A DNA stretch of 64,000 nt from Vulcanimicrobiota bacterium (lineage in GTDB: Bacteria; Vulcanimicrobiota; Vulcanimicrobiia; Vulcanimicrobiales; Vulcanimicrobiaceae), in contig CAWHWQ010000001.1 in NCBI GenBank assembly GCA_963833095.1, positions 96,001 to 160,000 on the forward strand. The letters run 5' to 3'. Both the position numbers and the translations under genes were made by a program. Below are positions 9,759-20,671 of the stretch, piece by piece (position 1 is the stretch's first letter; each line of letters starts with the position of its first letter). The notes beneath the pieces were generated by a model. That model made no database searches and was not told the origin of the DNA. It saw nothing but the letters and a program-made list of their open reading frames with translations.

Positions 9759-12599
9759 TTAGATACGGATGGTCGTGGTCATCCAGATCTGGCGGACGGG
9801 AAGAAAATACTCTTCGTTGTTGTTATTAAACGGGTTGGTCGTGTCGGGCGGGTTGAACGCATTGAAGTATCCCTGCGTGCCCAGACCTATGAGGCCAAAC
9901 TGTCCGCTATTCTGGTTGAATACATTGTAGATCCCGAGGTTAAAAGTGATTGGCCCGACCGTCTTGGACGCGTTCGCCGTCGCGTACCAGTATGACGGGC
10001 GGTTGAACCCGTTGTTCTGGGAGACGAAGTGTTCGTCGAAGCGCGCGGTCCAACTGCCGAGGGGGCTTGAATAGCCCGCACCGGCGTTTGCCGTATTCAC
10101 CGGAACGCCGTATATCTGTGCGCCGTTGATCAATCCGCCGTTGGTCAAGAGGATGTTGTCTTGAAGGTCTTGGTACTGAGCCGACTGCATGGCATAATTG
10201 CCGTCGACCTCCAGTCCGCGCACAATCGGAATCTTGGTTTGCAAGTTGATGCCCTTGTACACAGCTTTGCCGGCATTGAACGGAATCGATACCCCGAAGC
10301 TATTGATGCTGTACGTGCTGACGCCGCAAGCCGTGTTCAGCACGCCGGCATACGCACTAAAGTAAGAAGCGGGCGGCAATTCGCTTGCCGGAACGGTCGA
10401 GAGCCCGAACACGCCGGAGATGATCGGATTGAGTTCGGTCGTATCGTATGCATCGACCTCAAACGTCGCTTGATTCGCAAAGCGATGCGCAAGCGCAACT
10501 TCGAGATCGTTGGCCGCTTCGGGCTTGATCAATGAACTTGAACCGCTGCCGAGCGCAACGAGCCCGGATGTACCGCACGTGTTTGCCGGATTGAAGCTCG
10601 GGTTGCTGGCAACCGGCGGGGAGAACGTGATGCCGCCGGTCACGAGCGAGGGATCGGGTTCGCTCGTCGCGCGTCCCCCGGTAATGCGCCAGACGTCGTT
10701 GCTCGTCGGGCGATACACAAGCGAGAGACGCGGATCCAAATTGGTGGTCGATGTGTTGAACGAGCGCTCGACGTCGAGGTCGGCGAAGACCGAGAACCGG
10801 TCGTTCGGCGTCCACGAGTCGTGCGCGAAGTACGAGTTCTCGGTAATGGAGTCGCTCTGGTCAAAGGGTCCGAAGGAGATGAACACGGGCGCAGTGGCGC
10901 CGATCGGCGTGATCGGGTACGATTGACCGCTGTTGTTCTGATAGAGCTGGCGCAGCGAGCTGAACCCGAATGTGAGGTCGTTCTTGCCGCGGGCGTAGTC
11001 GTACTCGATGACCCCACCGTGCGTGAAATAATCGTCTAGGTACGACGCCGCCTGCACGTATTGGTCTTGCGGGCCTTTCTGGTTGACGAAGCTGTAGTTG
11101 TCGATGTAACCGTCGAGGATCAAGTTGCCAGGCCCGATGCCTTGCGTGAGGCGCAGGTCGTAGTCTTGATTCACCGCCGAGTGATAGCGCCCGAGACCGC
11201 CGCCGCTTGGACCATAGAAAGCCGCTGCATACTGCTGCGGCGTGAGGCACGAGTAACCGCCAGGGGCATTACTGAGTGCCGCCAGCGTCGCTCCCGAACA
11301 CGTCGTCGAGTTACCGTTAGGCAACGTGATTTGCACAGGACCACCGGAGACTGCACCATTCGCCGCCGCAAGCTGCACCGGGTATGGCTCGTAGTCGGTA
11401 TCGCCGTTACCCGTCGAATCGGCATAGATCGATGCGTTATAAACCGTGGCGGTCAGCGTCGTGCGCGGCCCGAGTTGGCCGACGACTTTACCGACGAAGT
11501 TCCGCTGGAGATAATCTCCCGTGACATTATAGTTGCACGCTTGTTGATCGCCGGCTGCGATCGAGGGCGGTAGCGATCCACCCGATAATGGACCACTCGG
11601 CGCATTGACCAGCGGCGCGTACGTCTGCCAACTCGGATCGTTCGGGCAGCGGCTCTGCCCGCCGGCCAGCAGATTGCTCTGCAAAATGTTGCCGGCAAGT
11701 TCGCCGTCGGTTCCGTTTATGCCGTACGCGAATGCGTAGCCGACGTGACCGATCGTATCGGACAGCGTAACGCCGGTCATTTGGTGGCCGAGGTCGCCGA
11801 TGCCCTGCGTTATTGCAAAGTGTTGCTGTTGCGTGGGGTTGATCGTCTGGAAGTTGATTGCACCGGCGAGAACCGGTACCGCATACAGGCCGTCTGCACC
11901 AGAGCCGTAGATGACGCTGACGTTGCTAAAGCCCCAGAATTGCGCGACTTGGAAATCATAGGCGCTCCCGTGCGCGCCGATCGGTCCAATCGGGTGACCG
12001 TCTAGCAACACGGCGGACTCCGTCGGATCGAAACCGCGCAGCGAGAGCGATTCGTCATCGCCGAGTGCCGAGCTTGTCGACGCCGTAACGAACGGTAACG
12101 TCGCGAGCGCATCGCCGGCACGCGCGTAGTTTTGATCGACGATGAGCGCCGGCGGAAGGTTGCTGTTGATCGTAGCCGAGGTCTGGAGCGCCGCGTGCGT
12201 ATTGACCGAAACGGCGGCGATCTCTTTGAGACCAGTCGTTCCCGGAATGAGCGCGGTCTGCGTCTCGACCACCGGCTGTCCCGCCTCCACCGTCAAGACG
12301 GGAACGAACGCCGACTGATAGCCGCTCGCGGAAATGGAGATCGAATAGGTTCCGGGCCCCACGCCGCTAAACGAAAACGACCCATCAGCTCTGGTCGTCG
12401 TTTTCTCCACGACGTTCGATCCGCGTCGGAGCTCCACTCGAGCGCCCCCGACCGGAAGCCCGGCGCTCGTTTCAAGGATTCGTCCTGTGACCGTGGTTCC
12501 AGCCGCCGGCGCTTGCGCTAATGCGGGGGAACACACCAAAGAACATGCAAGCAGCAGCGCCGCACAAATACGTAAGATCATGAATGAATCACTACGCAC
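9759..12599 (-). CDS. TonB-dependent receptor with N-terminal carboxypeptidase-regulatory-like domain
   Basis: Signal peptide; GRILET..GLPVGGA, DGSFSFSGVGPGTY; plug LRGFDP..VLLDG; PRLSLVY, NVFNQ. Confidence 0.88.
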   Translation of the reverse strand: MRSDSFMILRICAALLLACSLVCSPALAQAPAAGTTVTGRILETSAGLPVGGARVELRRGSNVVEKTTTRADGSFSFSGVGPGTYSISISASGYQSAFVPVLTVEAGQPVVETQTALIPGTTGLKEIAAVSVNTHAALQTSATINSNLPPALIVDQNYARAGDALATLPFVTASTSSALGDDESLSLRGFDPTESAVLLDGHPIGPIGAHGSAYDFQVAQFWGFSNVSVIYGSGADGLYAVPVLAGAINFQTINPTQQQHFAITQGIGDLGHQMTGVTLSDTIGHVGYAFAYGINGTDGELAGNILQSNLLAGGQSRCPNDPSWQTYAPLVNAPSGPLSGGSLPPSIAAGDQQACNYNVTGDYLQRNFVGKVVGQLGPRTTLTATVYNASIYADSTGNGDTDYEPYPVQLAAANGAVSGGPVQITLPNGNSTTCSGATLAALSNAPGGYSCLTPQQYAAAFYGPSGGGLGRYHSAVNQDYDLRLTQGIGPGNLILDGYIDNYSFVNQKGPQDQYVQAASYLDDYFTHGGVIEYDYARGKNDLTFGFSSLRQLYQNNSGQSYPITPIGATAPVFISFGPFDQSDSITENSYFAHDSWTPNDRFSVFADLDVERSFNTSTTNLDPRLSLVYRPTSNDVWRITGGRATSEPDPSLVTGGITFSPPVASNPSFNPANTCGTSGLVALGSGSSSLIKPEAANDLEVALAHRFANQATFEVDAYDTTELNPIISGVFGLSTVPASELPPASYFSAYAGVLNTACGVSTYSINSFGVSIPFNAGKAVYKGINLQTKIPIVRGLEVDGNYAMQSAQYQDLQDNILLTNGGLINGAQIYGVPVNTANAGAGYSSPLGSWTARFDEHFVSQNNGFNRPSYWYATANASKTVGPITFNLGIYNVFNQNSGQFGLIGLGTQGYFNAFNPPDTTNPFNNNNEEYFLPVRQIWMTTTIRI

Positions 12600-12652
12600 G
12601 AAATTTTATCGCTCGTTTATGCCGGGTTTAAGAAATACTATCTTTTCGCCGT

Positions 12653-12683
12653 TCATGTTTGCGTCATGAGCGCGACGTAGAAT
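12653..12683 (+). promoter_or_regulatory. Candidate OmpR-family direct-repeat box plus -10 element (leaderless promoter)
   Basis: TCATG at 12653 and 12664 (11-bp period), TAGAAT 12678-12683, GTG 7 nt later. Confidence 0.35.
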
Positions 12684-12690
12684 CGGGGGC

Positions 12691-13599
12691 GTGCCTACGC
12701 TCGTCACGCTTCCGCCACATTCGGTTCCGATTGTGAGCCACTTCGATTATGTCGCCGTGGACGCCGCGCGAAACCGCGTCTACGCAGCGCACACCGGGAG
12801 CGAGGCGCTGTTGGTCGTCGACGGAAAGTCAGGCGCCGTTCTCGGCCAAGTCAACGTCGGTCCGATGCACGGAGTCGCGGTCGACCCGGCCGACGGAAGC
12901 GTCTACACGGGGGACGGCACCGACCAAACCATCGACAAGGTCGATCCGATATCGATGAAGATCGTTGCGAGCGTTACCGTGCCGGGGAACGTCGACGGGA
13001 TCGAGTACGACCCGCAGCTCCATCGTCTCTACGCAGACGAAGACGGCGGCCCGCATGCGTATGTCATCAACACGGCATCGATGAAGCTGATCGGCACCGT
13101 TACGCTGCCATCGAGCGATCCGGAAGCGATGGCCATCGACCCCGCGACGCACCTCCTCTATCAAAACCTCAACGACAGCAATAGCATCGCCGTCATCGAT
13201 CCGAAAAGCCTCAAAGTCATTAAGGTCATTAAGACCCCGCAAATCGTCAACAACCACCCGCTCCTGTTTAGCAGCCAGCTCAACGAACTCGTGGTTGGCG
13301 GAAAGAACGGCGTCATGTCGGCTTACACACCGTCTGGAAAGCGACTTGGCGACGGTAAGGTCCAACCCGACATCGATCAGTGCAGCCTGGGACAGGGTGG
13401 CGACGAAGAGGTCTGCGCCGGCAAAGGCATCGTGACCCTCGTGAAACTCACCCGCGACGGGGCGCCGGCGGTTGTTGCTACGTTCGATACGAAGCACGCC
13501 GTGCACACGGTTGGAATCGACGAACGCGCCGGCAAGGCTTGGATCGTCTATGCAGCGCCGAACGGCGACTTTATCGAAGCATTAAGGATTGCGCCCTGA
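12691..13599 (+). CDS. YncE/YVTN-like beta-propeller protein
   Basis: Repeated blades FDYVAVD, HGVAVDP, DGIEYDP, EAMAIDP. Confidence 0.8.
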   Translation: MPTLVTLPPHSVPIVSHFDYVAVDAARNRVYAAHTGSEALLVVDGKSGAVLGQVNVGPMHGVAVDPADGSVYTGDGTDQTIDKVDPISMKIVASVTVPGNVDGIEYDPQLHRLYADEDGGPHAYVINTASMKLIGTVTLPSSDPEAMAIDPATHLLYQNLNDSNSIAVIDPKSLKVIKVIKTPQIVNNHPLLFSSQLNELVVGGKNGVMSAYTPSGKRLGDGKVQPDIDQCSLGQGGDEEVCAGKGIVTLVKLTRDGAPAVVATFDTKHAVHTVGIDERAGKAWIVYAAPNGDFIEALRIAP

Positions 13600-13639
13600 G
13601 AAAGGGACACACGCGCGCGCGCGAACACTGCCTTTTCTT

Positions 13640-14314
13640 ATGCGCGTTCTAATCGTCGAAGATGATTCATCGCTACGCCGTTTGATCGCGCGCGGCTTGC
13701 AAGAAGAGGGCCATATCGCCGATGCGTTGCCCGACGGACGCGATTGCGCCGAGTATCTTAATGCCACCGCCTACGATGTGGCGATACTTGACCTCAGCCT
13801 GCCGCACCGCGATGGATTGCTGGTCCTTCGCGACGTTCGCAAGCGCGGGATCCGCACGCCGATTCTCCTTCTCACCGCGCGAGTTGATCCGCGCGACGTG
13901 GTAAACGGCCTCGACGCCGGCGCAGACGATTACTTGCGCAAACCGTTCTCGCTTGACGAGCTGCACGCGCGCCTGCGCTCACTTACGCGCCGTCCGTCCA
14001 CCTGGAGCGAGGATTTGTTGCGATGCGGGGATTTGGTCTTCGACCGGCGCTCGCGCGAAGCGCGCCGCGGCGAACGCCCGATCGACTTGACGTCAAAAGA
14101 AATCGCACTGCTGGAAACGTTGTTGCGCAACGCCGGGCGAACGGTCACGCGCGAAGCGCTGATCGACGCCGTGTGGGATCGCACCGCCGATCCGGCCTCG
14201 AATGTGCTCGACGTGTACGCTCGCCGCCTTCGCGTGAAACTCAGCGCCGTAGGCGAACCGCCCTTGCTCCACACCATTCGCGGTATCGGCTTTAAGTTGG
14301 GAACGACTGCGTGA
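13640..14314 (+). CDS. OmpR-family response regulator
   Basis: MRVLIVEDD, ILDLSLP, GADDYLRKPF, HTIRGIGF. Confidence 0.95.
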   Translation: MRVLIVEDDSSLRRLIARGLQEEGHIADALPDGRDCAEYLNATAYDVAILDLSLPHRDGLLVLRDVRKRGIRTPILLLTARVDPRDVVNGLDAGADDYLRKPFSLDELHARLRSLTRRPSTWSEDLLRCGDLVFDRRSREARRGERPIDLTSKEIALLETLLRNAGRTVTREALIDAVWDRTADPASNVLDVYARRLRVKLSAVGEPPLLHTIRGIGFKLGTTA

Positions 14315-15597
14315 GCTTGAGGCGCCGCATCGCGCTCACCATTCCCGTCCTGGTAGCAACAGCGTCGCTGGTATTTGCGACGATCTCACTTGCGGTGCTT
14401 GACCGCACGCTGCGCGCCGAAATGGACGCGAAGCTCATGACGCTCGCTCTCGCGGTCGGGCAAATCGTCGACGATCATGGCGGCAGACTTTCCGTGGACG
14501 CAGATGACATCGCGCAGATTCGATCGCTCCACGGCTCAGACGAGCACATCGCTGTGCTGGATAGTCGCGGGCGCCTCTTTTACGGCGAGAAGCCTCCTGC
14601 GGCTGCGCAGCTCAACGCTTATCGCTTTGCGCGCACGACAAACTTACAGCGGACGACGCGTGGCCTGGGCACGATTCTCGCCTGGCAAAACGACCGCTGG
14701 ATCGCTGAGGTTGCGCGCACGAGCCTGCTCACGTTTATCGCCGTCGGACTGGTGCTGGTCGTCGTAGCGACCCTCTTTTCGCGCGCCCTTGCCGACGCGG
14801 TACTCGGACCGGTTGATCGCATCGCTGCATTGGCCGAACAGATTGAAGCCCGTGACCTCTCAAAACGCATAGGCGCGCGGGGCCGGGATGAGCTCGCGCG
14901 CCTGTGCGCGAGCTTTGACCGAATGCTTGACCGGCTCGAGGCAAGCTTTGAAACCGAGCGGCGTTTCGTGGCTGACGCCTCGCATGAACTGCGCACGCCG
15001 CTCGCAGTCGCGCGTGCCGAAACGGACTTGGCGCTGCGCCGGCCACGCGAAGCGCGCGAGTACCGTGCGGCGCTCCAGTCGATCGACCGTGAGATCACGC
15101 GGCTTGAACTTTTAGTCGATGACCTACTCGATACGATGCGCGATCGCGCGATCGTGCCGAATGAGCCGGTCAATGTCGCGGCCCTGGTAGGGCGCGTGGC
15201 CGAGCGCATGCGAGCGACGTCGCGGGACGTCCGCATCGCCGTGATCGGGGAAACGCTCGTCGTCCGCGGTCACGGCGAGTCGATCGAGCGAGCCGCGACC
15301 GCCGTGCTGCACAACGCCGCCACCCATGGCGGCGGCGGCGAGATCGATGTTCGTGTCGTCGCCGATCCGCAGTGGGTTCGGATCGACGTTGCCGACGACG
15401 GTCCGGGCTTTGCAAACGAAGCGCTCACGCACGCAACCGAACGTTTTTGGAGAGCCGACTCGGCCCGCTCGCGTGGCGGTACGGGCCTCGGCCTTTCGAT
15501 AGCGCGCGTCCTCATCGAAGCGCACGGTGGAGAACTGATGCTGGCAAATCGTCCCGAGCGCGGGGCCGTCGTCAGCTTGCTGCTACCGTCGAGCTAA
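14311..15597 (+). CDS. HAMP-domain sensor histidine kinase
   Basis: Two TMs, ADASHELRTPL, DDGPG, GTGLGL. Confidence 0.95.
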   Translation: MSLRRRIALTIPVLVATASLVFATISLAVLDRTLRAEMDAKLMTLALAVGQIVDDHGGRLSVDADDIAQIRSLHGSDEHIAVLDSRGRLFYGEKPPAAAQLNAYRFARTTNLQRTTRGLGTILAWQNDRWIAEVARTSLLTFIAVGLVLVVVATLFSRALADAVLGPVDRIAALAEQIEARDLSKRIGARGRDELARLCASFDRMLDRLEASFETERRFVADASHELRTPLAVARAETDLALRRPREAREYRAALQSIDREITRLELLVDDLLDTMRDRAIVPNEPVNVAALVGRVAERMRATSRDVRIAVIGETLVVRGHGESIERAATAVLHNAATHGGGGEIDVRVVADPQWVRIDVADDGPGFANEALTHATERFWRADSARSRGGTGLGLSIARVLIEAHGGELMLANRPERGAVVSLLLPSS

Positions 15598-15866
15598 TCG
15601 CGCTCGTCGCCCTCTTCCTCGTCCTCGTCTTCATCTTCGTCGTCTTCATCCTCGTCTTCGTCGTCGAGGTCGAAGTCGTCGTCTTCTTCTTCGGGCGACA
15701 TTTCATCGACCGCAGCGTGTATCTCGCGATACATCGCCGCGATCTCGCGGCCAAGCTCTTGACCGCTGCGATCGGAGCTCACGTTCTTGAGCCATTGATC
15801 GAGCGCCGCGATCGTCAAGTGCATCGCGATCACGTCATTTGTCGGAGCGTCGAGTTCGAGTTCCAT
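15594..15866 (-). CDS. Small protein with highly acidic C-terminal tail
   Basis: About 90 aa, AAAGGA upstream, helical N-part then about 30 aa of nearly pure D/E. Confidence 0.6.
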   Translation of the reverse strand: MELELDAPTNDVIAMHLTIAALDQWLKNVSSDRSGQELGREIAAMYREIHAAVDEMSPEEEDDDFDLDDEDEDEDDEDEDEDEEEGDERD

Positions 15867-16001
15867 CACACATCCTTTCAATTGCCTTCAGCGTACTTCA
15901 CCGCGCCTTAAAGGGGCGTTAAGGGCGGCTTCGCTCGCGCCGGGCAAAAAAGGCGGGCGGGGGTGTAACCGCGTATGTAGTTAGCCGGTTAATAATTTTT
16001 G

Positions 16002-17521
16002 ATGCGCAATCCGTTTGCTCACCGCGCCGACGCCCCGATCGGCCTGATCACGATTACCGTCATGCTCGGGCTGATCATGGCGATCATCGACTCGACGATC
16101 GTCAACGTCGCGCTCAACACGATCGGCGGCAACCTCGGCGCCTCGATCGACGAAGTCGCCTGGGTCGCGACCGGCTACATTCTGGCCAACGTCATCGTGA
16201 TGCCGCTCAACGGGTGGCTGACGGCGCCTTCCTCGGGCGCAAGCGCTTTTACGCTGCTTCGCTGGCCGTCTTCACGATTGCGTCGTTCCTGTGCGGAACG
16301 GCGACGAACATCATCGGCAGCTGGTGTTCTATCGCGTGATTCAAGGCATCGGCGGCGGCGCGCTGCAGCCGACCGCGCAAGCGATCATGTTCGAGACGTA
16401 TCCGCCGGAGAAACGCGGCAAGGCGATGGCGATCTTCGGCCTCGGCGCGATGGTCGGCCGGCGATCGGGCCGACGCTCGGCGGCTACATCGTCGACAACG
16501 CCTCGTGGCCGCTGATCTTCTACATCAACATTCCGATCGGCATCGTCGCGTTCTTCATGACGCTGGCGTTCATTCCGAAGCCGAAGTACATCGAACGCTC
16601 GAAAGCGCGGCATCGATTGGATCGGGCTCGGGCTGCTGACCGCCGGCCTTGCATCGCTGCAGTACGTGCTCGAACGCGGCGAACACGACGATTGGTTCGA
16701 CTCGTAGACGATCGTCAATCCTGACGATCGTCGCGGTCGTGGCGCTCGTGCGTCTTCATCTGGAAGATGCTGCGCGAACGATATCCGCTGGTGGATTTGA
16801 AAGTCTTCAAGCTTTCGCGTCGTTCACGATCGGCAACATCATCGGCATCATCAGCGGCTTCGGTCTCTTCGGCACCGCCCTGATTTTGCCGTTGTTCTTT
16901 CAGACGATGCTGGGCTTCACCGCCTTTGATACCGGGCTGCAGCTCTACCCGGTGCGCTCTCGACCGCCGTAAGCATGATGATCGTCTGGCCGCATACTCA
17001 ATCGCATCGACGGTCGCGCGTCGATTGCGTTCGGCTTCCTGATCTTCGCGCCTCTCAACGTGGATGCTTGGCGGCATGTCAACGTGACGCGGGCTATTGG
17101 GACGTCTTCTGGCCGCGCTTGATTCAAGGTTTCGGGCTTGGCTTTCTCTTCGTTCCGCTCACGACGATCTCGCTCGGCGACGTGCCGATGCGCGAAATGG
17201 CCGGCGCGACCGGCGTCTATCACGCTGATTCGCCAGCTCGGCGGCAGCCTCGGCATCGCGATTTTGACGACGCTCCTCGTGCATGAAACGGCCGTTGCTT
17301 GGAACGTCCTCGCGTCGGGCGTGACGCAGACGCACGGCTATTCCGTCGGCGCACTGACCACCATGGTCGCGCAGCAGTCCTCGATGATCGCATACAACTA
17401 TCTCTTCCGCGTCACCGCCATCGTCTTCGCACTTGCAGCGCCGCTGGCATTCCTGATGAAAGTCAAACCCCGGACAGCTGCTGCGCCGGCATCAGCCGCA
17501 CTTGCTGCCGCTGTAGATTAA
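16002..17521 (+). CDS. DHA2/EmrB-QacA family MFS efflux transporter (frameshifted in assembly)
   Basis: IIDSTIVNVAL, WVATGYILA, RVIQGIGGG, GPTLGG, IRQLGGSLGIA spread over several frames. Confidence 0.85.
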
Positions 17522-18636
17522 ACGCGTTCGAGCGCATCCAGCGCGTCGGCGCTGGTCGGAGCCCGATCCCGAAACGCCTCGATTCGATAGGGCAAAACGC
17601 CGGCGCGCTCTTTGCTGCGCGCACCGGCGCGCCGGTCGAGGCCGCGGCGGTAAACGTCGGGTCCAACGAGATGAATTGCTTCGCGTGTCGGCTCGTCGTA
17701 ATACTCGGGCCAATGAGCCAGCCAGATGCCGACCGTCGGACGCCCTCCCATCGCAATCGCCGCGTGCAACGGACCGGATGCTACACCGACATAGGCATGC
17801 GCGGCACGCACGAGCGTTACGAGCACGTGTGCGAAGGGGAGATCCAAATCGCCGAATAGATCCGTCGTTGTCGGCGCAAGACCGCTCTCGCGGCCGATGA
17901 CCGCGCTGGTTCGTTCGTCGACCGTTACAACCCGCGCGTGCGGATCGCGACGACGCACCTCGTGCGCAAAAGCAACGACTTCGCGCTCCGGCAAGATTTT
18001 GTCCACCTGCGTGTGACCGCCGGCCGAGAGCACGTATAAGCGCGCGCCGGTGGGGACAACCTCGCGCAGACGCGCCTCGATGCGTTGCGTCACCTCGACC
18101 GGCGCGCGAAACGCAAGCGAACTGCGCAACGGCTGCGAAAGATCGATGGAGGCGAGGCGCGCCGGCGTAATGATACGGCTTGCCAAATAGCGCGCCTTGG
18201 TATGCCAAGGATAGGGCGTGCGTCCGGTCATTTCCGGGTAGCGGCACACCAGCAATATTTCGATGTCATGCTCCTCGATACGTGAGCGCAGTGGCTCCGG
18301 GACGTCGAGCCGGGTGATGCCGTCGGGCGGATGATCGAGATCGAGTCCAAAGTGCGGCTTGGCTCCCTGTTCCGCTCCACTGCCTAGCATCCGCGTTCCT
18401 GAGAAAAGTGGCCGCATCCGTTCGCCGCAATCATAGAGGTGCACGAAATCGTCGCCAAACCGGGTGAGATAGTACTCGTTGCTCGGCTCGAGCAACGGCA
18501 CGACGAACGAGAGATGGACGAAATCCCCGAATCCGTGCGGCCAATAGATCAATACACGCCGGTTCGTCACCGCGCCGAAACCACGCCCGTCGTCAGAGTA
18601 GACGGGCATCCCCAGCGTGTACGGCGTATCCCTCAT
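17518..18636 (-). CDS. Glycosyltransferase family 9-like protein
   Basis: HGFGDFV near N-terminus; YVGVASGPLHAAIAMG.PTVGI; start 18636 or 18610. Confidence 0.65.
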   Translation of the reverse strand: MRDTPYTLGMPVYSDDGRGFGAVTNRRVLIYWPHGFGDFVHLSFVVPLLEPSNEYYLTRFGDDFVHLYDCGERMRPLFSGTRMLGSGAEQGAKPHFGLDLDHPPDGITRLDVPEPLRSRIEEHDIEILLVCRYPEMTGRTPYPWHTKARYLASRIITPARLASIDLSQPLRSSLAFRAPVEVTQRIEARLREVVPTGARLYVLSAGGHTQVDKILPEREVVAFAHEVRRRDPHARVVTVDERTSAVIGRESGLAPTTTDLFGDLDLPFAHVLVTLVRAAHAYVGVASGPLHAAIAMGGRPTVGIWLAHWPEYYDEPTREAIHLVGPDVYRRGLDRRAGARSKERAGVLPYRIEAFRDRAPTSADALDALERV

Positions 18637-18639
18637 GCA

Positions 18640-19668
18640 ATGCTCCACATCGGTGTCGATGCTTGGAATCTCCCTGGCGATCACCGCGGTATCGGCCGCT
18701 ACGTTCGCTCGATCCTCCACGAGTGGCACACCACGTTGCGCGACCGTGTCTACGTCACGCTGATCGTTCCGGAGTGGCACACCTGGACCGTTCGCGCGCG
18801 CTATGCGCGGGAGGTCGGTGATGTTTCGTATCGGATCGTGTCACGTCGCCTGCACGATCGCGCGAAGCTTGACGTACTCTGGTTTCCGTGGAACGGCTGC
18901 AGCTGGCTCGACTTTACTCGTCCCGCCGTCGCGACGTTGCACGACGCGACCAATTTCGTGATTCCGGACTACGCACCGGAGACCCAGGTGATCTTCCGCA
19001 ACGCCGCAGCCCGGTGCGAGCGCCTGATCACCGACTCGAACTTTTCGGCTGGAGAACTCTCGCGCGAACTTGGGGTACCGCTGGAGCGCTTCACCGCGAT
19101 CCCGCTCGGGGTGGATATACCGGCCCAAGTCGCGCACGTCCCCATCTTGCGCGAGCAGCCATACGTGCTCTTCGTCGGAACGGCCGAGCAGCGTAAAGGG
19201 ATTCCAACGCTCGTCCGCGCGATGGAACGCGTGCAACGCGACGATCCTAGCCTGAGCCTGATTATCGCCGGAGAACGTGGTGACGGTTTGCGCGGCGACG
19301 AAAGCATCCACATGCGCGCGCTGGGCTTTGTAGGCGACGACATTCTAACCCAGTACTACCTTGGCGCTTCGGTTTTTGCCTTTCCATCGCGCTACGAGGG
19401 CTTTGGCCTACCGGTGCTCGAGGCGATGGCCCATGGAGTACCGGTAATTACCACGGATGTCACGGCAATTCCAGAAGCTGCCGGCGATGCGGCGCTCTAC
19501 GTACCACTCGATGACGACGTTGCGCTCGCGCAAGCGATTGCGCGTGTTCGCAGCGATAGACAACTCGCATCGTCACTACGTGAGCGTGGTCTGGTTCGCG
19601 CCGCGATGATGACGTGGAAGAAAACCGCAGAAGCAACGCTCGACGTGCTCGAACGAGCTGCGTCGTGA
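18640..19668 (+). CDS. Glycosyltransferase family 4
   Basis: GIGRYV, TLHD, RKGIPTL, FPSRYEGFGLPVLEAMAHG. Confidence 0.92.
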   Translation: MLHIGVDAWNLPGDHRGIGRYVRSILHEWHTTLRDRVYVTLIVPEWHTWTVRARYAREVGDVSYRIVSRRLHDRAKLDVLWFPWNGCSWLDFTRPAVATLHDATNFVIPDYAPETQVIFRNAAARCERLITDSNFSAGELSRELGVPLERFTAIPLGVDIPAQVAHVPILREQPYVLFVGTAEQRKGIPTLVRAMERVQRDDPSLSLIIAGERGDGLRGDESIHMRALGFVGDDILTQYYLGASVFAFPSRYEGFGLPVLEAMAHGVPVITTDVTAIPEAAGDAALYVPLDDDVALAQAIARVRSDRQLASSLRERGLVRAAMMTWKKTAEATLDVLERAAS

Positions 19669-20123
19669 GCGGCGACATTCGCTTGGCGACCGGGCTCGCG
19701 ATTCGCGACGGGCGCGTGCTGCTCGTTGCCTCGACCTACCGCTCGCACGAGCAGCCGCTCTGGAATCTTCCGGGCGGTCGCGTCGCCCCGGGCGAGTTGA
19801 TGCTCGATGCCGTCGTTCGCGAAGTGCGCGAGGAAACGGGGCTGCGAGCAACGGTGAGCGAGCTTGCATACCTGAGCGAAAGCTACGATGGCGAGCGCCA
19901 CGTGCTCAACGCAACCTTTGCCATCGACGTGACCGGATCGATCGACGCACCGCAGGCCGGCGATCACGTGGTTGCGGTGGAATGGGTCCCCATCGATCGG
20001 CTCGCTGAGCGCATCGCTGTCGGCGTCGTGCGCGATCCACTGGTTCATTACTTGCGCGACCGCACGCGGTACTTCGGTTACGCGGATGCCGGCGTCACGA
20101 TCGTTTGGCCCGACGAAAACTAA
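19665..20123 (+). CDS. NUDIX hydrolase
   Basis: Nudix box PGGRVAPGE....AVVREVREETG; GTG overlaps upstream stop. Confidence 0.9.
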   Translation: MSGDIRLATGLAIRDGRVLLVASTYRSHEQPLWNLPGGRVAPGELMLDAVVREVREETGLRATVSELAYLSESYDGERHVLNATFAIDVTGSIDAPQAGDHVVAVEWVPIDRLAERIAVGVVRDPLVHYLRDRTRYFGYADAGVTIVWPDEN

Positions 20124-20671
20124 GCCGGCTTACGGAGTTCCCACTGGTCGCGGTCCAGAACGTATCCCAGCACATCGACGGGCTGCCCGCGAACGGTTGC
20201 GCCGTGCGGCAAAACACCATCCTCTTCAAATCCGGCGTTTGCAAGAACCGCGCGTGATGGCACGTTCTCGGGCACGCAATAGGCGCGAAGCTTGCGCAGA
20301 TGCAACCGCGAGAACGCCTCCGAGGCGATCGCGTGCACCGTCTCGCTTGCGATTCCCCGCCCACGATAGGCTTGCACGACGCTATAACCAACCTCCGCCG
20401 ATGAGGTGACGCGCTCGCCAACGCGCAGCGACGCCCATCCGACGGGTTCGCTCACGCCCTCGAGGTAAATTAGCCACTCGAAACGGCCCCACGCGCCGGG
20501 CTCGAGTTTGGGCGGACGCGAGGCAACCATGCGCCGGAACTGCACGAGATCGACTTCGGGCAAATCCTGAAATTCGCGCAGGCCCGGTTGCTGCAGCACG
20601 TTCCAGAGCACGTCCGCGCTTTGCGACGTCACCGGGACCAGGCGCAACCGTTCGGTCAAGAGAGCCCGCAT
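20120..20671 (-). CDS. RimJ/RimL-like GNAT acetyltransferase
   Basis: TERLRL, AEVGY, YRGRGIA, ENVPSRAVL..AGFEEDG. Confidence 0.9.
   Translation of the reverse strand: MRALLTERLRLVPVTSQSADVLWNVLQQPGLREFQDLPEVDLVQFRRMVASRPPKLEPGAWGRFEWLIYLEGVSEPVGWASLRVGERVTSSAEVGYSVVQAYRGRGIASETVHAIASEAFSRLHLRKLRAYCVPENVPSRAVLANAGFEEDGVLPHGATVRGQPVDVLGYVLDRDQWELRKPA

Noticed and set aside
15981..15992. TTAGCCGGTTAA as repressor operator upstream of the MFS gene
   Set aside because: Imperfect short palindrome with no cognate regulator nearby
16002..17300. EmrB pseudogene
   Set aside because: All motifs are present across frames; likely assembly error, though true decay cannot be excluded
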